Shown: piece by piece, positions 20,821-31,701 of the stretch
How positions within the stretch are numbered: the stretch's first letter is position 1
Layout: each line of letters starts with the position of its first letter
Assembly: GCA_024691265.1 (NCBI GenBank)
Contig: JAILNT010000161.1
Location: 1-46,178 of the forward strand
Length of the DNA: 46,178 nucleotides
Reading direction: 5' to 3'
From: Treponema sp.
Lineage (GTDB): Bacteria; Spirochaetota; Spirochaetia; Treponematales; Treponemataceae
Position numbers and translations under genes: made by a program
Notes under the pieces: generated by a model
Database searches by the model: none
Told to the model about the DNA's origin: nothing
The model's input: the letters and a program-made list of their open reading frames with translations, nothing else

Positions 20821-21294
20821 CTACTTTTTCTCTTCTGTTTTTTCAGTATTTTTAACGGTTACTGTTCCGCCAGCCTTTTCAATCTTAGCCTTTGCAGAAG
20901 CTGAAACTTTGTCAACAACAACATTCAACTTCTTTGTCAAATCTCCATCTGCCAAAACTTTGATTTCAGCAGTTGCAGACTTCAACAAGCCTTTAGCAAG
21001 GAGAGAAGTCTTATCAACTGTTTCTCCATCATTGAACTTAGACTCAAGATCGCGAACGTTTACACAATAAACTTCCTTCTTAAAGAGAGCATTTGAGAAA
21101 CCGCGATGTGCAATACGACGATACAAAGGCATCTGTCCGCCTTCAAAACCTACATAGGTTTTTCCACCAGAACGAGACTGCTGTCCCTTGTTACCTTTTC
21201 CTGCTGTTGTACCACGACCAGAAGAAGATCCACGGCCAACGATACGCTTCTTTTTATTAGCACCTTCTGGTGCATGGAGCAAAAAATCTGCCAT
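20821..21294 (-). CDS. rplO: 50S ribosomal protein L15
   Basis: GRG...G.GNKGQ, FEGGQMPL. Confidence 0.98.
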   Translation of the reverse strand: MADFLLHAPEGANKKKRIVGRGSSSGRGTTAGKGNKGQQSRSGGKTYVGFEGGQMPLYRRIAHRGFSNALFKKEVYCVNVRDLESKFNDGETVDKTSLLAKGLLKSATAEIKVLADGDLTKKLNVVVDKVSASAKAKIEKAGGTVTVKNTEKTEEKK

Positions 21295-21488
21295 TAATTG
21301 ATCTCCTCACATTTTACCAAGTGGCTAACACTGGCAACCATTCCTAAAATAGAAGGAGTTGCATTGTGCTCAACAGAAGAGTTCATCTTCTTCAATCCTA
21401 AACTGCGAATAGTAGCAGCTTTTTCAGGCTTCTGCCCAATAACACTGTGTACTAAAGTAACACGAATCTTCTTTGTTGTCTCTGCCAT
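21294..21488 (-). CDS. rpmD: 50S ribosomal protein L30
   Basis: VTLVHSVIG, SLGL, GMV...HLV; start set at MAETTKK. Confidence 0.95.
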   Translation of the reverse strand: MAETTKKIRVTLVHSVIGQKPEKAATIRSLGLKKMNSSVEHNATPSILGMVASVSHLVKCEEIN

Positions 21489-21490
21489 AA

Positions 21491-22000
21491 TTAACCCCAA
21501 AGATCCTTAAGAGATTTTCCTCTGTTCTGTGCAACACACTTTGCATCCATCAACTTAGATATAGCATCAAATGTAGCATGTACAACGTTTACAGAAGAAT
21601 TAGAGCCCAATGACTTAGAAACAACATCAGTAATTCCAGCTGCATCCATAACTGCACGAACTGCACCACCTGCAATGATTCCTGTACCAGGACAAGCTGG
21701 ACGAATCAATACAGATGAACTCTTGTAATTACCGAGCATTTCATGTGGAAGTGTACCATTCTTCATAGGGAAAGTAATAAGATTACGCTTTGCACGATCT
21801 ATACTCTTTCTAATTGCTTCAGATACATCATTAGCCTTTCCAAATCCGTATCCAACGCGTCCCTTCTGGTCGCCTACAACTGTCAAAGCTGAGAAAGCCA
21901 TTCTGCGTCCACCTTTTACAGTTTTTGCAGTACGGTTCAACTTAACCAATTTTTCAACGAACTCTTTAGGCTCTTTTTCAAAATTTTTCTGGTGATCCAT
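21491..22000 (-). CDS. rpsE: 30S ribosomal protein S5
   Basis: VKGGRR, GTGIIAGG. Confidence 0.99.
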   Translation of the reverse strand: MDHQKNFEKEPKEFVEKLVKLNRTAKTVKGGRRMAFSALTVVGDQKGRVGYGFGKANDVSEAIRKSIDRAKRNLITFPMKNGTLPHEMLGNYKSSSVLIRPACPGTGIIAGGAVRAVMDAAGITDVVSKSLGSNSSVNVVHATFDAISKLMDAKCVAQNRGKSLKDLWG

Positions 22001-22008
22001 ACTAGCTC

Positions 22009-22371
22009 CTAGAATTTAATACCGGCATTGCGAGTAGCGTCAGCAAGAGCCTTTACAACGCCATGATACAGATAACCATTACGGTCAAACACTACTGTTG
22101 TAATGTTCTTTTCTGCAAGACGCTTTCCAAAAGCCTCACCAAGCTTTGTAGCACCGTCAATATTTGACTTCAATGCTGCAAAATCTTTTTCAAGAGTAGA
22201 AATGGAAGCAAGGGTCTTTCCCTCATCATCATTGATTACCTGAACATACAGATTAGTATTACTGCGAGTAACAGTCATACGAGGACGTTCTGCAGTTCCG
22301 TAAATGCTCTTACGGATATGTACCTTTCTGTGGAGGCGCTTTCTATCTTTATCATTCAGTTTCTTGAACAT
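22009..22371 (-). CDS. rplR: 50S ribosomal protein L18
   Basis: [18 protein letters not shown]. Confidence 0.98.
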   Translation of the reverse strand: MFKKLNDKDRKRLHRKVHIRKSIYGTAERPRMTVTRSNTNLYVQVINDDEGKTLASISTLEKDFAALKSNIDGATKLGEAFGKRLAEKNITTVVFDRNGYLYHGVVKALADATRNAGIKF

Positions 22372-22382
22372 ATCGCTTCACC

Positions 22383-22922
22383 TTATTTTACGCCAGTCTT
22401 ACCGACTTTGCGTCTGATAACCTCAGTCTCGTAACGAATACCCTTGCCCTTATAAGGTTCAGGCTTACGGAGTTTACGAATCTGAGCGCAGAATTCACCA
22501 ACAAGCTGCTTGCTGATACCAGAAACTGTAACTTTGCCCTGAGCATCAGCTGTAACAGTTAAGCCATCAGGAATAACTGCTACAAAGTCAGATGAATAAC
22601 CAAGGTTCATAACGAGCATTTTGTTCTGAACTTCTGCACGGAAACCAACACCAGTGATAATCAAAGACTTTGTATATCCTGTTGAAACACCAACAACCAT
22701 GTTATGAATAAGGTTGCGATAGAGACCATGAGCTGCACTAGCAGCCTTACTCTCATTAGCAGGTTTAACTAATACTTCGTTATCTTTAACTTCAACTGTA
22801 ACATTGCTGTTATAGTCCTGCTTCAATTCTCCCTTAGGTCCCTTTACAGTAACCAATGAAGGAGCGATTGTAACAGTTACGCCCGCTGGAATAGCAACGG
22901 GAAGCTTTCCAATCTTAGACAT
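22383..22922 (-). CDS. rplF: 50S ribosomal protein L6
   Basis: [15 protein letters not shown]. Confidence 0.99.
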   Translation of the reverse strand: MSKIGKLPVAIPAGVTVTIAPSLVTVKGPKGELKQDYNSNVTVEVKDNEVLVKPANESKAASAAHGLYRNLIHNMVVGVSTGYTKSLIITGVGFRAEVQNKMLVMNLGYSSDFVAVIPDGLTVTADAQGKVTVSGISKQLVGEFCAQIRKLRKPEPYKGKGIRYETEVIRRKVGKTGVK

Positions 22923-22934
22923 GCTTTCCTCCTA

Positions 22935-23336
22935 TTACCAGACTTTACAAATCAATTCGCCGCCAACCATCTTTTCAGAAGCTTTCTTTCCAGTTGTAAC
23001 ACCAGTAGAAGTTGAAACGATGACTGTTCCGTATCCGTTATAAACACGTGGCATATCTTTGTAACCAGAGTAGACACGACGACCAGGTGTAGAGATCTTC
23101 TGAAGATCATGAATAACTGGTTCGTTCTTCTCATCATATTTCATAAAGATGCGGATAATGCTGTGTCCGTCATCATTCTGAACTTTTTTAAAGTTCTTTA
23201 TATAACCTTCAGTCTTAAGAATCTTCACGATTTCAAGCTTAAGCTTGGAAGTAGGTACATCTACTTTCTCGTGGCGGGCTGCTGCCGCATTCCGGACTTT
23301 AGTAAGCATATCTGCTATTGGGTCTGAAGCTGCCAT
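22935..23336 (-). CDS. rpsH: 30S ribosomal protein S8
   Basis: [20 protein letters not shown]. Confidence 0.99.
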   Translation of the reverse strand: MAASDPIADMLTKVRNAAAARHEKVDVPTSKLKLEIVKILKTEGYIKNFKKVQNDDGHSIIRIFMKYDEKNEPVIHDLQKISTPGRRVYSGYKDMPRVYNGYGTVIVSTSTGVTTGKKASEKMVGGELICKVW

Positions 23337-23352
23337 TTTATATCTCCTACCA

Positions 23353-23538
23353 CTACCAAGATGATTTTGTTACGCCTGGTAACAGGCCTTCGCTTGCTAA
23401 CTTACGGAAGCAAATACGACAAATCTTAAACTTGCGTAAGTATCCGTGAGGACGACCGCAAATATGACATCTGTTATACTGGCGAGTACTATACTTAGGA
23501 GTACGGTTCGCCTTAATAATCATTGATTTCTTAGCCAT
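23353..23538 (-). CDS. rpsZ: 30S ribosomal protein S14 type Z (zinc form)
   Basis: 61 aa, RC..CGR...CRICFR, ends SSW. Confidence 0.98.
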   Translation of the reverse strand: MAKKSMIIKANRTPKYSTRQYNRCHICGRPHGYLRKFKICRICFRKLASEGLLPGVTKSSW

Positions 23539-23549
23539 GAACTTCCCTC

Positions 23550-24101
23550 TTACTTCCTGAATGGCATTCCAAACTTGGTAAGCAATGTACGAGCTTCAGC
23601 ATCAGTACGTGCACTAGTTACAATAGAAATATTCATACCAGCAATCTTTGTAATCTTATCGAAATCGATTTCTGGGAAGATAATCTGTTCTGTAATACCA
23701 AGAGAGAAGTTTCCATGACCATCAAAGCCAGTAGCTTTGATACCACGGAAATCCTTAACACGTGGCAAAGCAACATTGATAAGACGATCCAAGAATTCAT
23801 ACATAATTGTACCGCGCAATGTTACCATAACACCAACTTCATTTCCTTCACGGAGTTTGAAGTTAGCGATACTCTTCTTTGCTCTTGTCTTAACCGCTTT
23901 CTGACCTGTAATTGCTGTAAGATCAGTAACTGCAGCATCAAGAAGTTTCTTGTTGGTAAGAGCTTCGCCAACACCCATGCTTACTACTACCTTTTTGATA
24001 GCAGGAATCTGCATTGTGGATGTATATCCGAGTTCCTTAAAGAGCTCAGGAGCGATAGTTTCCTTATAGACTTTCTTAAGCCGAGGTATGTAATTTTCCA
24101 T
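23550..24101 (-). CDS. rplE: 50S ribosomal protein L5
   Basis: [19 protein letters not shown]; start set at MENY (TAATG overlap with rplX). Confidence 0.98.
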   Translation of the reverse strand: MENYIPRLKKVYKETIAPELFKELGYTSTMQIPAIKKVVVSMGVGEALTNKKLLDAAVTDLTAITGQKAVKTRAKKSIANFKLREGNEVGVMVTLRGTIMYEFLDRLINVALPRVKDFRGIKATGFDGHGNFSLGITEQIIFPEIDFDKITKIAGMNISIVTSARTDAEARTLLTKFGMPFRK

Positions 24102-24415
24102 TACAGTGCTTCTCCACATTTGCGGCAGACGCGAACTTTCTTGTCTCCGTCAATTTTGTAGCCAATTCTTGTAGCACCGCATTTTTTACATACGATTGCT
24201 ACATTTGAAATGTTAAGTGGTGCCTCTATTTCAGCGATACCACCCTGATCCTGCTGGCTACGTCTCTTCATTGCCTTATGAACAATATTAATTCCAGAAA
24301 CGATTACACGGCCCTTTTCACGGTCAATCTTTACAACTGATCCGCGCTTGCCCTTGTCTTTTCCAGCAATAACTTCAACCTGGTCGTCCTTACGGATCTT
24401 GAACTTTGTTGCCAT
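24101..24415 (-). CDS. rplX: 50S ribosomal protein L24
   Basis: [12 protein letters not shown] motif, EAPLNISNV. Confidence 0.98.
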   Translation of the reverse strand: MATKFKIRKDDQVEVIAGKDKGKRGSVVKIDREKGRVIVSGINIVHKAMKRRSQQDQGGIAEIEAPLNISNVAIVCKKCGATRIGYKIDGDKKVRVCRKCGEAL

Positions 24416-24427
24416 ATCAAAATCTCC

Positions 24428-24796
24428 TTACAGAACTTCCGGTGCCAATGATACGATTTTCATAAAATCCATATCACGAAGTTCACGTGCTACTGGTCCG
24501 AAAATACGCTTTCCCTTTGGATTCTTATTTTCATCAACGATAACACAAGCATTATCATCAAAACGAATATAAGTTCCATCTGGGCGGCGGTACTCTTTTG
24601 CTACACGCACAATTACAGCCTTTTCGACAGCACCCTTCTTAATAGTAGATGTTGGGATTGCATCCTTAACAGCTACAACAACTATGTCACCAATTCCAGC
24701 ATAGCGACGATGTGAACCGCCAAGTACTTTAATACACTGAACGATTTTTGCGCCAGAGTTATCAGCGACAGTCATAGTAGATTGCATCTGAAGCAT
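24428..24796 (-). CDS. rplN: 50S ribosomal protein L14
   Basis: ADNSGA, FDDNA, SLAPEVL. Confidence 0.99.
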   Translation of the reverse strand: MLQMQSTMTVADNSGAKIVQCIKVLGGSHRRYAGIGDIVVVAVKDAIPTSTIKKGAVEKAVIVRVAKEYRRPDGTYIRFDDNACVIVDENKNPKGKRIFGPVARELRDMDFMKIVSLAPEVL

Positions 24797-24815
24797 AATT
24801 CTTTACTCCTGTGGC

Positions 24816-25091
24816 TTATCTAGCCCGTTCAATGATTTCAGCCAAGCGCCAGCACTTTTCTTTGCTTATTGGGGCGCACTCAATTATACGAACTGTATCA
24901 CCAATGTGAGCATCATTCTTTTCATCATGTGCCTTGTACTTCTTGGTCCAAGTTACGTATTTTTTATAAAGACGGTCCATCTTCTTTGTGTTGATAGAAA
25001 CAACGATAGTCTTATCCATCTTATCGCTAGTTACAATACCAACAAAAGAACGTTTGATACCCTTCTCAGTCTTAGCAACCTGTTCTTCCAC
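24816..25091 (-). CDS. rpsQ: 30S ribosomal protein S17
   Basis: SDKMDKT, AHDE, GDTV; GTG start. Confidence 0.98.
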   Translation of the reverse strand: MEEQVAKTEKGIKRSFVGIVTSDKMDKTIVVSINTKKMDRLYKKYVTWTKKYKAHDEKNDAHIGDTVRIIECAPISKEKCWRLAEIIERAR

Positions 25092-25101
25092 GGGTCAGCT
25101 C

Positions 25102-25314
25102 CTACTTATTCTCACCGGCAATTTCTTTTGCACGGATAAACGTATTCAAGCGAGCAATATCACGACGCATTGTACGTTTCTGCATTTGGTTATCTACATG
25201 GCCAACTACTTTCTGAAAGCGGAAGTCCATATATTTTCTTACAAGCTCATTCTTCTGTGTTACCAATTCGGAATAAGACAAATCTTTATAATTCTTTTTC
25301 TTAGAATCAGCCAT
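25102..25314 (-). CDS. rpmC: 50S ribosomal protein L29
   Basis: RFQ...RRDIAR.NT; position between rplP and rpsQ. Confidence 0.95.
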   Translation of the reverse strand: MADSKKKNYKDLSYSELVTQKNELVRKYMDFRFQKVVGHVDNQMQKRTMRRDIARLNTFIRAKEIAGENK

Positions 25315-25325
25315 CTCGTTCCTCC

Positions 25326-25748
25326 TTAGTACTGTGTTGGCTTATAAGCTACTTTTGTTTTTACTGGGAGCTTGCTACTTGCCAATGCCATTGCACGGTC
25401 AGCTGTAGCCTTATCAACGCCACCAACTTCAAACAAAATCATACCAGGCTTGATAACAGCTGCCCAAAATTCAGGAGAGCCTTTACCTTTACCCATACGT
25501 GTTTCTGCAGGTTTCTTTGTTATAGGCTTATCTGGGAATACACGAATCCACATCTTGCCTTTTTTTGGAGAAATACAACGGTTAATAGCAATACGAGCTG
25601 CTTCAATAACACGTGCATTCAACCATGTAGGTTCCATTGCAACTAATGCTGTGTCTCCAAAGTCAATATTATTGTCGCGAGTAGCGAAACCTCTTTCTCT
25701 ACCACGCTGCACCTTACGGTGAATTACTCTTTTAGGACTAAGAGGCAT
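25326..25748 (-). CDS. rplP: 50S ribosomal protein L16
   Basis: IEAAR, RMGKGKG. Confidence 0.99.
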   Translation of the reverse strand: MPLSPKRVIHRKVQRGRERGFATRDNNIDFGDTALVAMEPTWLNARVIEAARIAINRCISPKKGKMWIRVFPDKPITKKPAETRMGKGKGSPEFWAAVIKPGMILFEVGGVDKATADRAMALASSKLPVKTKVAYKPTQY

Positions 25749-25751
25749 TTA

Positions 25752-26477
25752 CTAACTCCTTGAAGCTTTTGCATTGCGGTTAGCATCAGAACGTCCATGG
25801 CGAGGCTTGCTAACAAGTTCTCCTGCATCTTCATTCTGCTGATTACCATAATTCATGCCATTATAAACCCAAACTTTGATACCAATAATACCATAGCTTG
25901 TATGTGCTTCAACAAAACCGTAGTCAATATCAGCACGAAGTGTATGTAAAGGAACACGTCCTTCCTTGTGCTCTTCTGTACGCTTCATTTCTGCACCGCC
26001 AAGACGACCAGAGAGACGGATTTTTATACCCTGAGCTCCACCCTTCATAGCGTTTGCTGTAGCCTGTTTCAAAGCCTTGCGATATGAACCACGACCAGTA
26101 AGCTGGCGAGAAATATTCTGAGCAATCAAAGAAGCATTAACGTCTGCACGCTTTACTTCCTTAATCTTAATCTGAATCTTCTTTGTCAACTTCTGCTGGA
26201 TTTCTGTGCTTACCTTTTCAATAGTAGCACCTTTCTGTCCAATAATTACACCCGGACGAGCAGTGTGAATTACAATTGTAACACGCTGTGGATGACGGGT
26301 GATTTCAATCTCAGCTATATCTGCATTCTGGCATTCAGGAAGACTGTTTACCAGTTTGCGAATCTTGATATCTTCAAGAACGAGGTCTGCATATTCACGT
26401 GGATCTGCATACCAGCGAGACTGCCATGTCTTGTTAATGCCGAGGCGAAGACCAATCGGATTTACTTTCTGACCCAC
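25752..26477 (-). CDS. rpsC: 30S ribosomal protein S3
   Basis: GQKVNP.GLRLG, GRLGGAE, PLHTLRA; start set at GTG 26477. Confidence 0.98.
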   Translation of the reverse strand: MGQKVNPIGLRLGINKTWQSRWYADPREYADLVLEDIKIRKLVNSLPECQNADIAEIEITRHPQRVTIVIHTARPGVIIGQKGATIEKVSTEIQQKLTKKIQIKIKEVKRADVNASLIAQNISRQLTGRGSYRKALKQATANAMKGGAQGIKIRLSGRLGGAEMKRTEEHKEGRVPLHTLRADIDYGFVEAHTSYGIIGIKVWVYNGMNYGNQQNEDAGELVSKPRHGRSDANRNAKASRS

Positions 26478-26478
26478 T

Positions 26479-26835
26479 TTACTTACCTGCCTTTTCGCCA
26501 ACGATTACAGTGATATGGCACATGCGACGCAACAACTGATCTGCACGACCACGAGCGCGGAACCATACTCTCTTTAGTCTAGGACCTTCGTCAATGCGAA
26601 TTTCCTTAACATAAAGCATATCTTCATCAAGTTTCTTGTTTGCATAAAGTGCATTACTCATAGCAGACTTTACAGTACCACTAATTAACTTAGCACCCTT
26701 CTGTGGCATATTGGCAAGAATAGCCATAGCTTCTGTGCAAGATTTTCTTGCAACCAATTTTGCTACAGGACGAACCTTTGTAGGTGAAGCAATCAAGAAT
26801 TTAGTTGTGGCTATATAGCCTTTATTTTCAGCCAT
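26479..26835 (-). CDS. rplV: 50S ribosomal protein L22
   Basis: SP.KVR, GP.LKR, RARGR, HITV; start set at ATG 26835 after AGGTGG. Confidence 0.97.
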   Translation of the reverse strand: MAENKGYIATTKFLIASPTKVRPVAKLVARKSCTEAMAILANMPQKGAKLISGTVKSAMSNALYANKKLDEDMLYVKEIRIDEGPRLKRVWFRARGRADQLLRRMCHITVIVGEKAGK

Positions 26836-26847
26836 TGTATCCACCTA

Positions 26848-27129
26848 TTATTTTGATTTAGCAGTTTTATCAGAACCGCCATGTCCATGGTATGTACGTG
26901 TAGGTGCGAACTCTCCAAGCTTGTGGCCTACGAGGTTCTCTGTAACATATACAGGAATCCATGACTTGCCGTTGTATACAGAAATGGTATTTCCTACCAT
27001 TTCAGGAATAATGGTTGAGCAGCGAGAATATGTTTTAATCATCTTTCTGTCTGCTTCCTTGTTCATTTCAATAACCTTTTTATAAAGGCTCTTTTCTACG
27101 AAAGGACCTTTTTTAACAGATCTTGACAC
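26848..27129 (-). CDS. rpsS: 30S ribosomal protein S19
   Basis: [15 protein letters not shown]. Confidence 0.99.
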   Translation of the reverse strand: MSRSVKKGPFVEKSLYKKVIEMNKEADRKMIKTYSRCSTIIPEMVGNTISVYNGKSWIPVYVTENLVGHKLGEFAPTRTYHGHGGSDKTAKSK

Positions 27130-27146
27130 GGTTAACTCCTATGCAA

Positions 27147-27971
27147 CTACTTCTTGCGACGAGAAACAATAAATCTGTTTGATGTCTTTCTCTTGTTGCG
27201 TGTTTTGTAACCTTTGCAAGGCTGTCCCCATGGAGTAACAGGGTTACGTCCTTTACCAGCACCTTCACCACCACCAAGAGGATGATCAACAGGGTTCATA
27301 GCCATACCACGAACGGTAGGTCTGATACCAAGCCATCTCTTGCGGCCAGCTTTTCCAAGAGAGGTGTTCATGAGTTCTTCATTTCCTACGGTACCAATTG
27401 TAGCGTAGCACTTTGCATTTACGCGGCGCAATTCACTAGATGGAAGGCGGATTGTAACATACTCACCCTCTTTAGCTGCAACTAAAGCACCTGCACCTGC
27501 AGAGCGAACAAGCTGTCCACCACGACCAAGTGTAAGTTCAATATTGTGAATTGTAAAACCAACTGGAATAGCTGAAAGTGGAAGTGCATTTCCTACTGTA
27601 GGAGTAGCATTCTCACCAGACATAATCTTCTGTCCAACAGTTAATCCCTTTGGAGCGATGATATAACGCTTTTCACCATCTGCATAAAATACCAATGCGA
27701 TATTAGCACTGCGGTTTGGATCATATTCAATTGTCTTGACAGTTCCAGGAATTCCGTGCTTATCGCGTTTAAAATCTATATTACGATACTTTCTCTTGTG
27801 TCCGCCACCCTGATGACGTACAGAAATACGTCCACCAGCACCACGTCCACCATGAGACTTCAATCCTTCAGTAAGCCCTTTCTCAGGTCTATCTGTAGTT
27901 AAATCGTCTCTCACCAAATCGATACGGGTACGAGTACCTGCTGAATATGGTTTATAAACTTTAAGAGCCAT
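27147..27971 (-). CDS. rplB: 50S ribosomal protein L2
   Basis: EYDPNR, MNPVDHP.GGGEG. Confidence 0.99.
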   Translation of the reverse strand: MALKVYKPYSAGTRTRIDLVRDDLTTDRPEKGLTEGLKSHGGRGAGGRISVRHQGGGHKRKYRNIDFKRDKHGIPGTVKTIEYDPNRSANIALVFYADGEKRYIIAPKGLTVGQKIMSGENATPTVGNALPLSAIPVGFTIHNIELTLGRGGQLVRSAGAGALVAAKEGEYVTIRLPSSELRRVNAKCYATIGTVGNEELMNTSLGKAGRKRWLGIRPTVRGMAMNPVDHPLGGGEGAGKGRNPVTPWGQPCKGYKTRNKRKTSNRFIVSRRKK

Positions 27972-27996
27972 CTGGTTCCCCTTAACTTATGAAGGC

Positions 27997-28281
27997 TTAA
28001 AGGCCTTCAAAAACCTTTATTGTTTCACCAGGAGCGAGGCGAACTATTGCCTTTTTCCAGCTGGCAGTTCTGCCGGGACGAGTACGTACCCGCTTGATCT
28101 TGCCAAAAACATTCACAGTAGTACAGCTAACAACTTTTACGTTGAACAACTTAGCTACAGCTTCCTTAATCTGCGTCTTATTTGCAGCAGGAGATACCTT
28201 GAATGTATATTTTCCTTCATCGCGAAGGTTTGTTGCCTTTTCTGACAAAACTGGCTCAATAAGAATATCTGCGTAATTCAT
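27997..28281 (-). CDS. rplW: 50S ribosomal protein L23
   Basis: P.LSEK, WKKAIV. Confidence 0.98.
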   Translation of the reverse strand: MNYADILIEPVLSEKATNLRDEGKYTFKVSPAANKTQIKEAVAKLFNVKVVSCTTVNVFGKIKRVRTRPGRTASWKKAIVRLAPGETIKVFEGL

Positions 28282-28928
28282 TATTCAGCCTCCTTTGCGT
28301 CTACATCATTTTTGTAGAAATCTGAAAGACTCTTTACTGCACTTTCAAGAACGATAACCTTTCTTCCATAGAAGAGGTCATGTGCACGAAGACGGTTAAA
28401 AGAAAGGAAGTGAACATTATGAAGGTTGCGACCTGCTCTCTTTATCTTCTCATCATCATCTTTCAAAATTACTACTGTACGGATATCTTTTGCGAAATTG
28501 TCAAGAATCTTTAACAAATCTTTTGTCTTTCCGCTTTCAACAGAAAAATCCTCGACAACTGTAAGGCGATCAGCCTGAGCCTGAAGACTAAGAATAGACT
28601 TCATAGCTAAACGCTTTGCCTTTTTAGGAATTGAGTAACCGAAATCGCGTGGCTTTGGTCCAAATATTGTACCACCGCCTACTGTAATTGGTGATTTCTT
28701 ATCACCGCGACGTGCATTACCAGTTCCCTTCTGTTTATATGGCTTATTATTGCTGCCATGTACTTCAGCACGACCCTTTGTACAAGCTGTGCCAGTACGA
28801 TTATTTGCTAATTCATTTGTGATGGCATAGTAAATAACATCTTCATTGACCGGAAGGCCAAACACGTTATCATCAAGAGTAACGGTCCTGAGTTCTTTAC
28901 CATCGACTGAATAGACTTTCTTTTCCAT
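28281..28928 (-). CDS. rplD: 50S ribosomal protein L4
   Basis: QKGTGNAR, GGG.IFGPKPR. Confidence 0.99.
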   Translation of the reverse strand: MEKKVYSVDGKELRTVTLDDNVFGLPVNEDVIYYAITNELANNRTGTACTKGRAEVHGSNNKPYKQKGTGNARRGDKKSPITVGGGTIFGPKPRDFGYSIPKKAKRLAMKSILSLQAQADRLTVVEDFSVESGKTKDLLKILDNFAKDIRTVVILKDDDEKIKRAGRNLHNVHFLSFNRLRAHDLFYGRKVIVLESAVKSLSDFYKNDVDAKEAE

Positions 28929-28942
28929 CTTATTCCTCGTCG

Positions 28943-29563
28943 TTATTTCTTAACCGCGGTCTTAACAATCAGCGTGCAGTCTTTACTTCCCGGTACAGAA
29001 CCGCGAACCATGATAACTTTCAATTCTGGGTCAACTTTCACGATCTTCAAATTCTGAACAGTTACGCGAACAAATCCCATGTGTCCTGGCAACTTAGTAT
29101 TCTTAAAGTTGTGTCCTGGAGTAGTACACTCGCCAGTTCCACCTGGTTCACGATGAAATTTAGAACCGTGGGTTGCACGTCCACCGTGGAAGCCCCATCT
29201 CTTCATAACGCCCTGAAAGCCCTTTCCTTTAGAAGTAGCTGTAACATCCAAATAACGTGCATCATTGAACAATTCAAGTCCAATCTGTGCACCAACTGTT
29301 ACATCTCCATCAAAATCGCGGAACTCTTTAAGATGGCGTTTTGGTGTAATGTTTTCAGGAAACTGTCCGGCATATGGCTTTGTTACTTTCTTAGCCTTGA
29401 GATCTTCAACGCCAAGAACAACAGCATCATAACCGCAGTCCTCTTTTGTTTTTGTGGCAATAACAGTATTAGGTTCAACGCGGATCACGGTTACTGGTGT
29501 CAGATTACCGCTTTCGTCAAATACCTGTGTCATACCAACTTTCTTTGCAATCAGACCTTTCAT
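28943..29563 (-). CDS. rplC: 50S ribosomal protein L3
   Basis: KVGMTQ, SKGKGFQG, PGHMG; start set at ATG 29563 after AGGAG. Confidence 0.98.
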   Translation of the reverse strand: MKGLIAKKVGMTQVFDESGNLTPVTVIRVEPNTVIATKTKEDCGYDAVVLGVEDLKAKKVTKPYAGQFPENITPKRHLKEFRDFDGDVTVGAQIGLELFNDARYLDVTATSKGKGFQGVMKRWGFHGGRATHGSKFHREPGGTGECTTPGHNFKNTKLPGHMGFVRVTVQNLKIVKVDPELKVIMVRGSVPGSKDCTLIVKTAVKK

Positions 29564-29640
29564 CTGAATAACTCCTATAGGCCGCCATCCCCGATCCTGG
29601 GGACCGTACCATGGCAATAAGATTATTTATTAAATAACTC

Positions 29641-29949
29641 TTACTGCTTAATTTCTACATCAACTCCTGCTGGAAGTTCAAGTTTCATCAAAGAATCCAT
29701 AACATCAGCAGTTGGTTCAAGAATGTCAATAAGGCGCTTATGTGTGCGCATTTCAAACTGTTCACGAGACTTCTTGTTTACAAAAGGTGAACGAAGAACT
29801 GTGATCTTATTGATTCTTGTTGGAAGTGGAATAGGTCCACTTACTTTTGCTCCAGCTTTCTGTACAGTCTGTACGATGGCTTTTGCACTCTGATCGATCA
29901 ACTCTACGTCAAATGCGCGAAGTCTGACACGAATCTTCTCGTTAGCCAT
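29641..29949 (-). CDS. rpsJ: 30S ribosomal protein S10
   Basis: [18 protein letters not shown]; start set at ATG 29949 after GGAGG. Confidence 0.99.
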   Translation of the reverse strand: MANEKIRVRLRAFDVELIDQSAKAIVQTVQKAGAKVSGPIPLPTRINKITVLRSPFVNKKSREQFEMRTHKRLIDILEPTADVMDSLMKLELPAGVDVEIKQ

Positions 29950-30017
29950 TATTCCTCCAATGGATAGGACAGCCAGAAAAGTCAAAACTTATCGGTCCTA
30001 TCCTATCCACAACTAAA

Positions 30018-31205
30018 CTACTCTATAACCTTTACTACCTGTCCAGAAGCGATTGTGTGACCGCCTTCACGGATAGCAAGCTTAAGACCTTCATCCATAG
30101 CGATTGGATGAATCAACTCACCGATAATCTTAACGTTATCACCTGGCTTAACCATATCAATTCCTGGTTCGAGCTCAACTGTACCTGTGATATCAGTTGT
30201 GCGGAAGTAGAACTGTGGTCTGTATCCTGTAAAGAATGGACTGTGGCGTCCACCTTCTTCCTTAGAAAGAACGTAGATCTGAGCCTCAAACTTTGTGTGT
30301 GGGTGAATTGATCCAGGAGCAGCGAGAACCTGTCCACGGATAACATCCTTCTTTTCAACACCACGAAGAAGGATACCAACGTTATCACCAGCAATACCCT
30401 GATCCAAAGTCTTCTGGAACATTTCGATACCAGTTACAGTTGAAGACTGTGTTGGACGAATACCAACAATTTCTACTGGATCGTTCATGTTAATTACACC
30501 ACGTTCAACACGTCCTGTAACAACAGTACCACGTCCTGAAATTGTGAAGATGTCTTCGATTGGCATCAAGAATGGCTTTTCATCATCACGAACTGGATCA
30601 TCAAACCATGTATCCATAGCTTCAAGAAGTTCATCAATACACTTTGTATCATCAGGTGTAGCACCATCAGCCAAAGCCTTGAATGCAGAACCCTGAATAA
30701 TAGGTGTATCTTCAGAGAATCCGTATTCCTTTATTGTATCTTTTACTTCTTCAACAACCAATTCTACGAGGTCAGGATCGTCAACCAAGTCAATCTTGTT
30801 CAAGAATACGATAATCTTTGGAACACCAACCTGACGAGCAAGCAACAAGTGCTCACGTGTCTGAGGCATAACTGAGTCTGGAGCAGAAACTACGAGAACA
30901 GCTCCATCCATCTGTGCAGCACCAGTAATCATGTTCTTGATGTAGTCAGCATGTCCTGGGCAGTCGATGTGTGCATAGTGACGCTTATCAGACTGATACT
31001 CAAGGTGACGAGTATTAATTGTAATACCACGTTCCTTTTCCTCTGGAGCATTGTCGATTTCATCATACTTGAGAGCGTGATCACCGAACTTCTTTGCACA
31101 GTACTGAGTGATTGCAGCAGACAATGTTGTCTTACCATGGTCAACGTGACCGATAGTTCCAACGTTCATGTGAGGCTTAGTTCTGACGAACTTTTCCTTT
31201 GCCAT
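30018..31205 (-). CDS. tuf: Elongation factor Tu
   Basis: [21 protein letters not shown]; start set at ATG 31205 after AAGGAG. Confidence 0.99.
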   Translation of the reverse strand: MAKEKFVRTKPHMNVGTIGHVDHGKTTLSAAITQYCAKKFGDHALKYDEIDNAPEEKERGITINTRHLEYQSDKRHYAHIDCPGHADYIKNMITGAAQMDGAVLVVSAPDSVMPQTREHLLLARQVGVPKIIVFLNKIDLVDDPDLVELVVEEVKDTIKEYGFSEDTPIIQGSAFKALADGATPDDTKCIDELLEAMDTWFDDPVRDDEKPFLMPIEDIFTISGRGTVVTGRVERGVINMNDPVEIVGIRPTQSSTVTGIEMFQKTLDQGIAGDNVGILLRGVEKKDVIRGQVLAAPGSIHPHTKFEAQIYVLSKEEGGRHSPFFTGYRPQFYFRTTDITGTVELEPGIDMVKPGDNVKIIGELIHPIAMDEGLKLAIREGGHTIASGQVVKVIE

Positions 31206-31695
31206 GTTATTCTCCTTGCCTGTAGAAAACAAAACATCTCTACAGCATATTAAATATATATATGTGTTGCACTTTAAACCAGAACGAGGAAAAATTCAAC
31301 AGAATCAGTCTCATTCGCAGACACACTATAATTTGCAAAAATGAATATGAAGATACGGAACTAAAATTTCTTGTAAAAAAAATTAATACTAAAAATCCAT
31401 GACATCTCATCATATTCGAAATGCCGCGGTCCGTACCACCGAACGCTATCTAATAGCCGGTATGGCAACCAGGAACCATATCACTCGCGGGTGCAAGCAA
31501 CATCAGGAAAACCCTTGATGCCATATCTACAAGAGCTAAATCAACGATTTAACTCAGCCATCAAAGGGGTGCAAGTATCTGAAGATATCACAGACATCAA
31601 CTTTACGATAAATGCCGGACAAATACCCATGTCCGCCTGAAACAATTTCTCAAAGAACCCCATTGTATACAGAATAATCTCTACACAAAGCGTGT
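31206..31695 (-). ncRNA. Putative long structured 5' leader (or ncRNA) upstream of tuf
   Basis: At least seven hairpins whose G-U pairs work on the minus strand; repeated CUUGCACCC; bounded by a promoter and the tuf SD. Confidence 0.55.
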
Positions 31696-31701
31696 TCCTA
31701 A

